64,000 bases of DNA. Origin: a virus (lineage: Duplodnaviria; Heunggongvirae; Uroviricota; Caudoviricetes). The stretch covers positions 1 to 64,000 of IMG/VR virus record IMGVR_UViG_3300035208_005614; one strand, given 5' to 3'. The position numbers and the translations under genes are program-made. Under the pieces are notes generated by a model, which saw only the letters and a list, made by a program, of their open reading frames with translations, did no database searches and had not been told where the DNA came from. Of the stretch, positions 24,906 to 34,600 are shown one piece after another. Numbering within the stretch: position 1 is the stretch's first letter; each line of letters starts with the position of its first letter.

Positions 24906-26006
24906 TTGAGCAAGTCGCTAGGTGTAAAGACACCTAAAAATATGAAAAAAAACATGATTGGAGTTATAGGAGACATGCACATGAAAGATGACCTATCATA
25001 TGCAGACAATATATCGGATAGACGAGTTTCAGAAAAAAAATCTATTTTAGATTTTATTGTTGAATCATTCAAGGACTGCGATCATGTCGTATTTCTAGGA
25101 GACAATTTTAACAGTAGAAATAATAGTTCTGAGACGAATAGAGAGTTCGTGGAATTTTTAGAGAGATTTAATGATAAACATTTATACATAATATCTGGGA
25201 ATCATGAGAAAAAAGGTAATGGTAAGACAGCAATTGATTTTTTAGGGGAAATTAAAAAAAGTAATTGGCATATCTTTACTAAACCAGGAACAGTTACATT
25301 AGGAATTAAAAATCCATCAGTTGGAGTTTCTACAGCAAAAAAGGAAAACTTAAAATTGGATTTTCTTCCGTACATGTTAAATCAAGAATTAGAAGTGGAA
25401 AATACTGAAGAAGCAGTTAAAAAAATAATAAAGAATTTAGAAGGAGGAGATATATTATTTGCACATCACGCGATATCAGGAACAGTATTTAATGGAATTT
25501 TGACAGACACTCTTAAAGAGATTGTTCTACCAGAATATGATTTAAAAGATGAATATAAACTTATTGTAGCAGGACACATACATGTACCTTGCCAATACGG
25601 TAAAATACTTATCACTGGGAATGTATTTACGACAGAAGTAGGAGATAAAGAGAAGTTCATTTACAAAATTAATACAGATTTAGAAATAGAAAAAATTAAG
25701 GTACCTGCAAGACCCATAGGTAAAATAGAAAACCCTACAGAAGAACAATTGTCAAGTATACCTAATAATGCTATTGTTAAAGTCATATTAACAGATAAAA
25801 AAGTCAATCTTGAAACATTGAAGGAACAGTTATCTAGATTTGATGCATCACTTATTATTGAAGATTATCCTAACGAAAGGGTAAAGGCTCATATAGAAGA
25901 AGGAGCATTTGATTTCAGCATAGAAGCAGTACTTAAACTTTATGCAGAACAAAAGAAAATTGATCACGAAAAGTTACTTAAAGGATTGCAATTAATAAAT
26001 GGCTAA
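24906..26006 (+). CDS. sbcD: SbcD/Mre11-family nuclease
   Basis: Phosphoesterase motifs GVIGDMH, VVFLGDNFN, IISGNHE, FAHHA and VAGHIHV in the canonical order. The start is probably the internal MKKNMIG. Confidence 0.8.
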   Translation: MSKSLGVKTPKNMKKNMIGVIGDMHMKDDLSYADNISDRRVSEKKSILDFIVESFKDCDHVVFLGDNFNSRNNSSETNREFVEFLERFNDKHLYIISGNHEKKGNGKTAIDFLGEIKKSNWHIFTKPGTVTLGIKNPSVGVSTAKKENLKLDFLPYMLNQELEVENTEEAVKKIIKNLEGGDILFAHHAISGTVFNGILTDTLKEIVLPEYDLKDEYKLIVAGHIHVPCQYGKILITGNVFTTEVGDKEKFIYKINTDLEIEKIKVPARPIGKIENPTEEQLSSIPNNAIVKVILTDKKVNLETLKEQLSRFDASLIIEDYPNERVKAHIEEGAFDFSIEAVLKLYAEQKKIDHEKLLKGLQLING

Positions 26007-26574
26007 ACAAAAAATAATAACTTTAGGACTAGATTTATCACTCACGGGAACGGGGGTAATTATTCTAGAAAATGGAAAGATAATTAAGAGGATCTTGATT
26101 AAATCAAAACCAGTTGGAGATCTTCCGATTGATGAACTTAAAAGAATTCAGAAGATAGTATCGGATATCGAAAACACATTTCAAGACAAGAATGGAACTG
26201 GACCGTACATTAACGTCGCTGTTATAGAAGGATTAGCCTTCATGGTGCGTAATGCAACAGCATTAGTTCAGTTATCAGCCTTGAATTATATGACGAGAGC
26301 TTTGTTAAAAGATCATGGTATACCGTTTGTAATCGTAGCCCCCACAAGTCTTAAAAAATTTGTAACAGGAAGTGGAGCAAGCAAGAAAGATGTTATGTTG
26401 ATGGAAACGTTTAAGAGATATAATGTCAGTATTTTAAATGATAACGAGTGCGATGCATTTGGACTAGCGAAGATAGGAGAAGCATTATTAATGACTTCTG
26501 GCCCAAGATGTAGTTTACCTATCTTTCAACAAGAAGTGTTAGATTTATTAGATAAGCAAATCAAAAATATATGA
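25999..26574 (+). CDS. ruvC: RuvC-like Holliday junction resolvase
   Basis: IITLGLDLSLTGTGV resembles the RuvC N-terminus (ILGIDPGSRVTGYGV). C-terminal NECDAFGLAKIGE resembles the DAADALA motif. 191 aa. Confidence 0.6.
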   Translation: MAKQKIITLGLDLSLTGTGVIILENGKIIKRILIKSKPVGDLPIDELKRIQKIVSDIENTFQDKNGTGPYINVAVIEGLAFMVRNATALVQLSALNYMTRALLKDHGIPFVIVAPTSLKKFVTGSGASKKDVMLMETFKRYNVSILNDNECDAFGLAKIGEALLMTSGPRCSLPIFQQEVLDLLDKQIKNI

Positions 26575-26798
26575 AGAATGAATTAAAAAATAAATTGTTG
26601 ACAAAAGAACAAGTAGATGTCGTAAAAGAAATGATCATAGATTCTATGAAAAGTGTTTATATCGATCAGGGTATCAATCCTGGAGAAGCCTTTCATATAG
26701 TTTCTGGCGGAATAGCAGATAAGATCATAGTAAATTCACAAAAAGCTCTTATTCAAACAAATGTTTTGCTAAAGCAGTCAAAAATAGCAAACCTTTAA
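26571..26798 (+). CDS. Hypothetical protein
   Basis: 75-aa ORF overlapping the upstream gene by 4 nt. Confidence 0.4.
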   Translation: MKNELKNKLLTKEQVDVVKEMIIDSMKSVYIDQGINPGEAFHIVSGGIADKIIVNSQKALIQTNVLLKQSKIANL

Positions 26799-26826
26799 AA
26801 ACTAAGAAGTCTAAATAATTAAAAAC

Positions 26827-27111
26827 ATGCCAGACAACAATGTAATAAAATCAATCGTAACAAATACATGTCCACACTGTGGAAAGGAGATTTATATTGA
26901 AAGCCAAATGACTCCTCCAGTGATTAATTCTGTATATACAGCAGAAGCTGTCGCTAAAGCAAAACAAGATTGTATTGAAAGAATTGGGACTTTGGCAATT
27001 GATGATGAAAAAAAGGTCGTAGTAATTAAGTGGTTAAATGATCCTGAGACTATATTTGGACCAAATGAAGTTGAAAGTATAATCTTGAGCTTATTGAAAC
27101 CGCAAGAATAA
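26827..27111 (+). CDS. Hypothetical protein
   Basis: 94-aa ORF with a CPHCGKEIY motif. Confidence 0.4.
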   Translation: MPDNNVIKSIVTNTCPHCGKEIYIESQMTPPVINSVYTAEAVAKAKQDCIERIGTLAIDDEKKVVVIKWLNDPETIFGPNEVESIILSLLKPQE

Positions 27112-27112
27112 A

Positions 27113-27394
27113 ATGAAAGTAAATGAATTGATGTTTTCTTTTTTAACAGAACATAAGGAAGCGAGGGAAAGAAAAAATAAGAACCGATGTATAGCTTATG
27201 TGGTTTCTAGGATGCACCCTTCCTCAGATATTAAAATAGAATTATTAGAGGATATGGTAGGAGAAATCTTAACCATGGATCGAGCTTGGAGAAAGACGTT
27301 AGAAGATAATTCAAATTTGAGAGGAACTGATTATAAAGAGAAGGAAAGATTAGAGAAAAAAGTACAAAAAGATTTGGGATATCCAGTAAAATAA
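27113..27394 (+). CDS. Hypothetical protein
   Basis: 93-aa ORF. Confidence 0.4.
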   Translation: MKVNELMFSFLTEHKEARERKNKNRCIAYVVSRMHPSSDIKIELLEDMVGEILTMDRAWRKTLEDNSNLRGTDYKEKERLEKKVQKDLGYPVK

Positions 27395-27407
27395 ATTATA
27401 AACTAAA

Positions 27408-29519
27408 ATGATATTATTAAATGAAATTACAATTAAAAACTTCCTTTCTCACGAGGACACAACAATTCATTTCAATGAAAATGAGAAACTTTTGGTTGAT
27501 GGTAAGAGCGGTAGTGGTAAATCTTCCATCACAGAAGCTAATCTCTGGGTTCTCTACGGCAAAGGTAGAACCGACAATCGTTCCCTTGTTAGAAAAGGGA
27601 CAAAAAGCGCATCTGTCTCTCTTAAACTTGATGATGGACCAGTCTCAACGATCATCACACGTACTGTTTCCAGCGCAGGAAAAAATGTACTTACAGTTAC
27701 TCAAAGGAAAGGGAAAGATAAGTATCTTCCGATCGAGAGGACTGGGCTTAAGGACATGCAGGACTTTATTGAAAGAGAATACCTCAAAGCCTCTTACGAA
27801 CTCTTCACGAATAGCGTTGCGTACCCTCAAGAAAATGAAAATTCCTTTGTCAAAGCAACTGCCTCTAAAAGAAAAGATCTCCTCCTCGAAATAGTTCGAG
27901 CAGGTAATTTTGATGAGTTATATGAGAAAGCGCGCAAAGCACTTAATGCAAATGAAACAGGTGTCTCTAACGAAATGGTTAGAATCACTTTCTTAGAGAA
28001 TTCAATCAAAAATTCAGAGATTATAGCTTCAAAATACGACTCTCATAAAGAAGCCTATGATATGACTACAAAACAAGTTGAAGAAGAAGAGAAGATAGAA
28101 AAATCTTTAGAGGGGCAATTAAACAACGTTTCTCAGATATCAAAGATGATTACTAGTGAAACGAATACAAAAAATCTTCTAGAAAAGACTCTTAATAGTT
28201 CGAACACACAATTACAACTTTGTCAAAAAACTATCAAAGATCATGAAACTTTTGATATAAGTATCCATTATAAAAATGTAGAAGAAATTGGAGTATTTTC
28301 TAAAGAAGCAGACAAGATTGAACAAATTCTTTTTGAAAATTCAAAAGCACAACAACATATTAATGAACACATGTCAAATAGACCGAGTGTTTTTGATTAC
28401 AAAAAAGACATTGAGGACATTAATAAAAGTCTTATATCTTTAATGAAAGAAATGGGTAAATGCCCAGCGGGAGATAATTGTCCTTTTCTAGTTCCAGTAA
28501 AGGGTCAAATAGACTTCCTTTCAGGACAACTAGTTGAGAAAGCAGACAAATCAGTGGCTGAACAAGAGGCTTTTGAGAAATGGGAAGCTAGAGGTAAGAC
28601 TCTTACTCCCATAACGGACACTACAGATTTATATAATAAACTAAAGGACATTCGATCTAAAATCGAGGTGCTTTCTAAATCAAAAGATGTCATTACCCAG
28701 TACGAATTAGTCAAAAATAGTATCGGAGATTATAAGACAAAAGAGATCTCTTTAAACATAGAAATTGATCAAACTCGCATGGAAATCATTAAAATTGAAA
28801 AAGGTATCAGAGAATTAAATGAAGACCTTGTCAAGTATGATAGTAATAAAATAAACACCGAATTATCAACGATAAGAGTATTAAAGAGAAAAGCTCAGAT
28901 AGAGGTGGAAAATAGTGCCTCTGGAATGGCCATGGCTACAAATGCCCAAAAGGATATTAAGGAGGCCTCTACAGCCCTAAAAACAGCCTTAGCTGGGGTT
29001 TCTAAAGCTAATGAAGACAAGGAATCACTTGAATTAATTAAAGAAGCTTTTAGCCCTCGTGGAGTTAAGGCGGTTATCATTGATTACTTGGTTCCTCAGT
29101 TGGAGGAAAGAATAAACGGTATTCTTAAACAGATGTCTGATTTTAGAATAAGACTCGACACCCAGAAGGCTCTGGTTGATGATGAGGGCGTAAAAGAGGG
29201 CTTATTCATTACGGTTATAAATGATCACGGAGAGGAGTTACCATTCCAGTCATATTCGGGCGGGGAGAAAGTTAAGATCACTGTAGCAATTTCTGAAGCA
29301 CTAGCTTCCTTGATGAGCCAAGTAGGTTTTAGAATTATGGATGAGAATATAGTCAGTTTAGATAGAGATAGCACGGAAGGTTTCGTTAAGGTCCTTACGA
29401 ATCTTCAAGAGAAGTTTCCTCAGTTGCTTGTAATCTCGCACCTTCAGGAAGTTAAAGATATTTTTGAGAAGAAGATTACAATTATTAAAGCAAATGGTAT
29501 AAGCAAAATTTATGAATAA
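27408..29519 (+). CDS. sbcC: SbcC/Rad50-family ATPase
   Basis: N-terminal Walker A GKSGSGKSS, central zinc-hook-like CPAGDNCPF, C-terminal signature YSGGEKVK and D-loop ENIVSLDRDS. Long central coiled coil. Confidence 0.8.
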   Translation: MILLNEITIKNFLSHEDTTIHFNENEKLLVDGKSGSGKSSITEANLWVLYGKGRTDNRSLVRKGTKSASVSLKLDDGPVSTIITRTVSSAGKNVLTVTQRKGKDKYLPIERTGLKDMQDFIEREYLKASYELFTNSVAYPQENENSFVKATASKRKDLLLEIVRAGNFDELYEKARKALNANETGVSNEMVRITFLENSIKNSEIIASKYDSHKEAYDMTTKQVEEEEKIEKSLEGQLNNVSQISKMITSETNTKNLLEKTLNSSNTQLQLCQKTIKDHETFDISIHYKNVEEIGVFSKEADKIEQILFENSKAQQHINEHMSNRPSVFDYKKDIEDINKSLISLMKEMGKCPAGDNCPFLVPVKGQIDFLSGQLVEKADKSVAEQEAFEKWEARGKTLTPITDTTDLYNKLKDIRSKIEVLSKSKDVITQYELVKNSIGDYKTKEISLNIEIDQTRMEIIKIEKGIRELNEDLVKYDSNKINTELSTIRVLKRKAQIEVENSASGMAMATNAQKDIKEASTALKTALAGVSKANEDKESLELIKEAFSPRGVKAVIIDYLVPQLEERINGILKQMSDFRIRLDTQKALVDDEGVKEGLFITVINDHGEELPFQSYSGGEKVKITVAISEALASLMSQVGFRIMDENIVSLDRDSTEGFVKVLTNLQEKFPQLLVISHLQEVKDIFEKKITIIKANGISKIYE

Positions 29520-29955
29520 TATAGAAAAGAAAAAACAGATTAGAGAAATAAATAAAAGAACCATCAGAAGAATGAGAAGTGAGGGTAAGAGTCTTTATGA
29601 GATTTCATTACATGTTAATCTAACTTGTGAAAGAGTTCGCCAGATAGAGAGAGACGTACTTAAATTACCTGTAAGGGGGCATAAGAAAGCAAAGAGAATA
29701 CAAAGAAAGTGTGGTAATCCAAACTGTTCAAACATAATGACGGTAAAAGAAAATGATCATAGACAAAATTGTAGCAAGAAATGTTACTTGGAAGTGATGC
29801 CTCATAAGACACCTGAACAAAAAAGAATTGAACACAATGCAAGAATCCTTAAGTATTATCACGAAAATTTGAAACATGATCCTAAGTTTATAAGGAAAAA
29901 AAAAATTAGAAACAAAAGAGCGGCTGAAAAAGCAAGAGCTTTAAAAAACAAATAA
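29512..29955 (+). CDS. Sigma-70 region-4-like HTH protein with a C-terminal Cys cluster
   Basis: LTCERVRQIERDVLKKL is typical of sigma-factor region 4. Followed by CGNPNCS...CSKKC. 147 aa. Confidence 0.55.
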   Translation: MNNIEKKKQIREINKRTIRRMRSEGKSLYEISLHVNLTCERVRQIERDVLKLPVRGHKKAKRIQRKCGNPNCSNIMTVKENDHRQNCSKKCYLEVMPHKTPEQKRIEHNARILKYYHENLKHDPKFIRKKKIRNKRAAEKARALKNK

Positions 29956-29956
29956 T

Positions 29957-30490
29957 ATGGAATCAACAGAACAAACAGTAAGTACACATACTAAAGGAGA
30001 AATTGAGGCACAAAAATACCTTAAACGCCTTGTTGCGCCCCACACAAAAGTAAGTAAAGAAGTTACAAATAAGGATCTAGATAAGGTAGTGGAAGAAGTT
30101 AAGATATTATATAACTTGTGCTATGTACAAAACGGGTTATATCTAGGAGCATATGCTATGCATCACTCACAGATCGAAGATAAAGATCCTATGAGTTTCT
30201 TTGTTATTGCAGATAAAAGAATCATTATAAACCCAAAGATAGTTAAACATAGTAATTATACCAAAGACTCTAAGGAACAATGTATGTCTTTTGCGAATGA
30301 AGGTCCAGTTGTTGTTCAGAGATGGCAAAAGATAGAACTTGAATATCAAACTATAATGACTGACCCAGAACATGATGGCAAATTTAAATTATCTGATATA
30401 ATTAAGGAATCATTAAGTGGTTTTGAAGCGTTTGTTATGCAACATGAAATCGATCATGGTAATGCAAAGTTTATTTATCAATTAAAATAA
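29957..30490 (+). CDS. def: Peptide deformylase-like protein
   Basis: Motif 3 QHEIDHGN (QHExDHxxG), motif 2-like EQCMSF (EGCLS) and a weaker motif 1 GLYLGAYAM. 177 aa. Confidence 0.6.
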   Translation: MESTEQTVSTHTKGEIEAQKYLKRLVAPHTKVSKEVTNKDLDKVVEEVKILYNLCYVQNGLYLGAYAMHHSQIEDKDPMSFFVIADKRIIINPKIVKHSNYTKDSKEQCMSFANEGPVVVQRWQKIELEYQTIMTDPEHDGKFKLSDIIKESLSGFEAFVMQHEIDHGNAKFIYQLK

Positions 30491-30494
30491 AAAT

Positions 30495-30716
30495 ATGGAA
30501 AAAGAAGAGAAAAAAGAAAAAACAGTTTATACTCTAGGATTGCATGAATCCATGGAGATTAAGACTGATCTAGGAGGTAAGGTAGAAATAACAAGAGTCC
30601 CAGGAGGATGGGTTTATTGTTTTGAATATCCTGGCTTTAGACAAAGCCCTATTCTATTTGTACCATTTGATAATGAGTATCAAGTAATTACTAAAATTAA
30701 AACTAAAAAAGACTAA
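30495..30716 (+). CDS. Hypothetical protein
   Basis: 73-aa ORF. Confidence 0.4.
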   Translation: MEKEEKKEKTVYTLGLHESMEIKTDLGGKVEITRVPGGWVYCFEYPGFRQSPILFVPFDNEYQVITKIKTKKD

Positions 30717-30717
30717 T

Positions 30718-31080
30718 ATGGAACAATATCAAATTTTGTATGATGCTTTTATGAGTCAATATAATAAAGGAGAAACTTCACCTTCACAAGTTGGAGAGGT
30801 ACTTGCCAGAATAGCTGGTTTGTTCCCTAATTATAACATTGTGATGATTAAAGCAGAAAAAGAGTTCGCGTTAGTACACAAGACAATAGCCGAAGGATCA
30901 GATGATACAACTGGTAAAGCTATTTCATCTTCTAAAGCAGAGGTTCTTGCTGATGCTTCACCTGAAGCTTATGCATTTAAAATTGCTAGAGGACATAAAG
31001 AGAATATCGAGATGCTTGTTGGCACATTAAAATTCCTTCAAAAGTCACTTGAAGTTGAGTACCTTAACTCAAATATATAA
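30718..31080 (+). CDS. Hypothetical protein
   Basis: 120-aa ORF. Confidence 0.4.
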   Translation: MEQYQILYDAFMSQYNKGETSPSQVGEVLARIAGLFPNYNIVMIKAEKEFALVHKTIAEGSDDTTGKAISSSKAEVLADASPEAYAFKIARGHKENIEMLVGTLKFLQKSLEVEYLNSNI

Positions 31081-31352
31081 TGAAAAATAAAAAACTAGAA
31101 GAAAGAATATTCTGTGGTCAATGTGGAAAAGAATTAGACGCATATTGGATTCCTGCAGAAGAATGTAAGATAGATGTGTGTTCATGGGGAGATTCCTACA
31201 CGACCATTCTCGGCAGACCTTATAGTACGAAAAACGGTGAGAGACAATATGGAATAAAATATATATGTCCTAAGTATAAAAAAGGTTTCCTTTCAGATAA
31301 TGGCCATGATTGTTTTATTAAAGACGAGATTTTCACTAAAAAAGATATTTAA
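31080..31352 (+). CDS. Small zinc-ribbon-like protein
   Basis: 90 aa. The sequence CGQCGKELDAYWIPAEECKIDVCSWGDSYTTILGRPYSTKNGERQYGIKYICP has C-x2-C at its start and a second CSW...ICP cluster. Confidence 0.35.
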   Translation: MKNKKLEERIFCGQCGKELDAYWIPAEECKIDVCSWGDSYTTILGRPYSTKNGERQYGIKYICPKYKKGFLSDNGHDCFIKDEIFTKKDI

Positions 31353-31650
31353 AATGAAAAAAATACCATGTGGAACATGTGGTGTTATGTTTGAACCTAA
31401 AAGCGACAGAAACAAATATCACAATAGGAGTTGCTTCAAAAAAGCATTCTGGATAAGACAAAAAGAAAAGAATAAGAAGATAGGAAACTTCCCTACTTTT
31501 AAATGTCCAAATTGCGGACAAAAAATAACGTTACCGTTTGATCCTGTTAAGGAGATAAGTAAATGGGCTAATTATTCTTGCCCAGGGTGTAATACTCTTA
31601 TGATTAATGTATCTGAAGAGATAATAACTCAAGACGAACAAGTTTTATAG
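31300..31650 (+). CDS. Zinc-ribbon protein
   Basis: CGTCG...CPNCG...CPGCN. Overlaps the previous ORF by 53 nt, so the start is uncertain. Confidence 0.4.
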   Translation: MAMIVLLKTRFSLKKIFKMKKIPCGTCGVMFEPKSDRNKYHNRSCFKKAFWIRQKEKNKKIGNFPTFKCPNCGQKITLPFDPVKEISKWANYSCPGCNTLMINVSEEIITQDEQVL

Positions 31651-31652
31651 TT

Positions 31653-34600
31653 TTATTCGTTAGCTAAAATAGGTAATCCTCTCACAGTACCCCATTTTGT
31701 TTTTACTCCTTTGATCTGTTTCTCATGAGCATTAGCTGCTTTCTTTGCTTCATCCTGCGTACTGCCTAACCATAGAGATCCATCAGAGGCGTGAACATAA
31801 AAAGTTTTACCTCCCGTTGTATCATTAAACTTTCCTGACTTCATCTCATTAAGAGCGTCTTTAATCGCTTGAAGTTTTTTGTTATCAGTTGTGTTGATTA
31901 ACCCTGCTTTTAGTTTTTGATATTCACTTTGCTTAACTTTTCCATTACTAGAAGTTGCTCCTTGTGGTGCATAAGCCTGGTATTGATATGGAGCTTGTAG
32001 AACCTTAGTTAAAGAACCTTGATACCTATCAGGATCGTTTACAGCTCTATTAATAGCTGTGTTTATAATATGTTTAGTCTCAAAAGCTTGTTTGTCGGGT
32101 CTGTTACTTACTTCTCCATAAAGAATTGCAGCAGCCTCATCTATATCGCTATCCTTTACTTTAATTCCTCTTACATCATAAGTAGGTTCTTCTTTTGCTC
32201 TAAAAGTTGTAGTCAATCCTGGAAGTAATTTTTCTTTAACATTTCCCCAAGCATTAGAAATGCCAGTCCCTATGTCATCCATAAGACCCCCCTGTCCATC
32301 TGGACCTCCCTTACCTTCTTTTACTGTTTCTACTACATTCTGTGCGCTTGGAGTAATAACTTGAGAAAACGGATCAAATGATTCAGACCCTTGGTAATAA
32401 GTATTTGCTACTTTAGGAGAAGCATCTATTAATTCTCTATAAAGATAGATAAACTTCGGTTTATTATATATTTCTGCCCAAGATATATTTGCCAACTTAT
32501 CTGTTGCTGCCCAATATGAAATATTATCTAGATCAGCTTCTGTGTAATTACCTTCTTCTAAATTCTTAAGGAAGTAATTCTCAACTCTTTGTTTTGCTTT
32601 TTCTCTTATAGTTTTTCCTTCCTTCCCTGGGTTTGTTTGATATTCTAATTTAGCTTTTTTAGCAATACTAATAATATCCTTTAATTTTGAATTATTAGGA
32701 TTGTATTTATCTTTAAATGCTTGAGAAACAGCTTTTGCTCCTTCTTTGTGTATAATAACTTTTTGTTCTCCAGTAACATCATAAGACTTTAATTTTGAAG
32801 CAGCGAGTGTCTTTTCTTGTAATGGAGTTAATACAGTTCCTGCTTTTTTAAGGTTATTGTAATATTCGATAGTAGGAGCTAAACCTGTTTGTTTGATTCT
32901 TTGATTAGTTTTAGCATCTACTTTGCCTAGGAAAATATCATTAACTGTGTTTGCAGTCTCTCCAAGCGCTTTAATACCATAAGGTTTTTGTATATTTTTA
33001 AGAGCCCCAGTTAATGAAATTGGGTTAAGCGTTTCTCCACTATTAACGCTCCAAAGTTCTTTAGTAGCCCAGTTAGGATCGTCATTTGTTCTTTTAAGAA
33101 TATCGTCAGATTTCTTTGAGTCTACAGCTTCTCTTTGCGCCTGAGAAATCAATTGTCTTTCTTTTGTTCCCCATTTTGGAGTTGCAGTAAAATCCTCCTT
33201 AGAATTATAAGTAGTTCCTTTTTCTACAACATTGCCGTTAGAAAGTATTTCGTACTGACTGTATTTTTTAGGATCAGATTCTCCATAAACCTTGATAGTA
33301 ATATTATTATCTTTTACCTCATCCATAATACGTGAAGCCATGGAAATCATACTTGTTTGGTCATCTCCAACAAGTTGATTTTTTATAACTTTTTTAATAG
33401 TTTTATTTGTAGCAAGTTCAGGTGTGGATGATTTAACTTCAGTAAATGGAGTAGCTAGAGATCCTCTTTTAACGATAGCATCGACTTCGGCTTGTGACAT
33501 CCCACCTTCGCCTATTTTAGTTACGTGCATAGTATCAGCATCTTGATCTCCTTGTAGAATAATTCTTTCATTGAATGGGCTAACAATACCGTTCTCTTCT
33601 GCGAGACTTGTGTTACCTGATTTTGTACCGTCTACAACTCTAAGAACAGCAAGGTTGTTAATATCATAAGAAGGATCTCTACTTACAACTACGTAATCAC
33701 CTTCTTTAACTCCGAGACTTTTAATTTGCTCAGATCCTAAAATTATTTCGTGGTTATTGACATATCTAGTTTTTCCTGTTCCATCATAATCAGCCTTAAT
33801 AGGAGCAACCATCGTTACCATTGTACTATTTTTATAAGTAGGGTTTATTGCATTCTCCATAACTAAATTCTTTAGTATTTTGTTTATTTCAAAATGAAGA
33901 TTGTTTTTTGCAGCACTTAATTCTCCGAAAGATAATTGTTTAGCTCCTTGGAATAGATTCTCTTTTTCTAATTGAGGATATTTTTCAACTGCTTTATCAA
34001 ATACTTCTTTAAGCTCAGCATTGCTTTTTGTTTTTGCTATATCATCTATAAGAGTCTGTAGATCTTTAACGTCCTGATTAACTTTAATAAGTTTATTTTC
34101 AGATACACCAACATCAGTACTTAAGAATTTTCTTTCTCCAGAAGGAGATATTTTACTAACACTTCCTGTAGTTGATCTGTCTTTGCCATAAATATCAGAA
34201 AGAGGAAGATTAAAATCTCCGAGTTTTGGACCTATTTTAGCATTAGAATCAAAACTGATTACATCATTTTTACCAATTTCAATACCGTGAGTTTCTTTAT
34301 AACTATTTCTAATTGCCTCATCAGCTTTAATGGCCTGGCCTTTGTGATAAGATTTTTCTCCATTAAGAGTTGTATCAAGAATTATTTTAACAGATCCTTT
34401 ATGTCTATTTTTATCATAACCTAAACCTTCTATAAGTTTGTCAAAAGCATCCTCTCCAAGGATAAAAGGACCGTCTTGTGTCTTACCTCCGTGAAATGAT
34501 TCTACAGAAGCTTTTGCTTCTACCCCCTCTGGATTTTCAAACTTACTTGTATCTATTTTAAATTCTGGTGTATCACCTATAGTTTCAGCTTTAAGTGTTC

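Noticed and set aside
27421-27894. 157-aa ORF in an alternative frame inside sbcC, and other same-region antisense ORFs (27645-27830, 27827-28009)
   Set aside because: They fully overlap a well-supported SbcC/Rad50 gene and have low-complexity or basic, unrealistic composition. They are frame-shadow artefacts.
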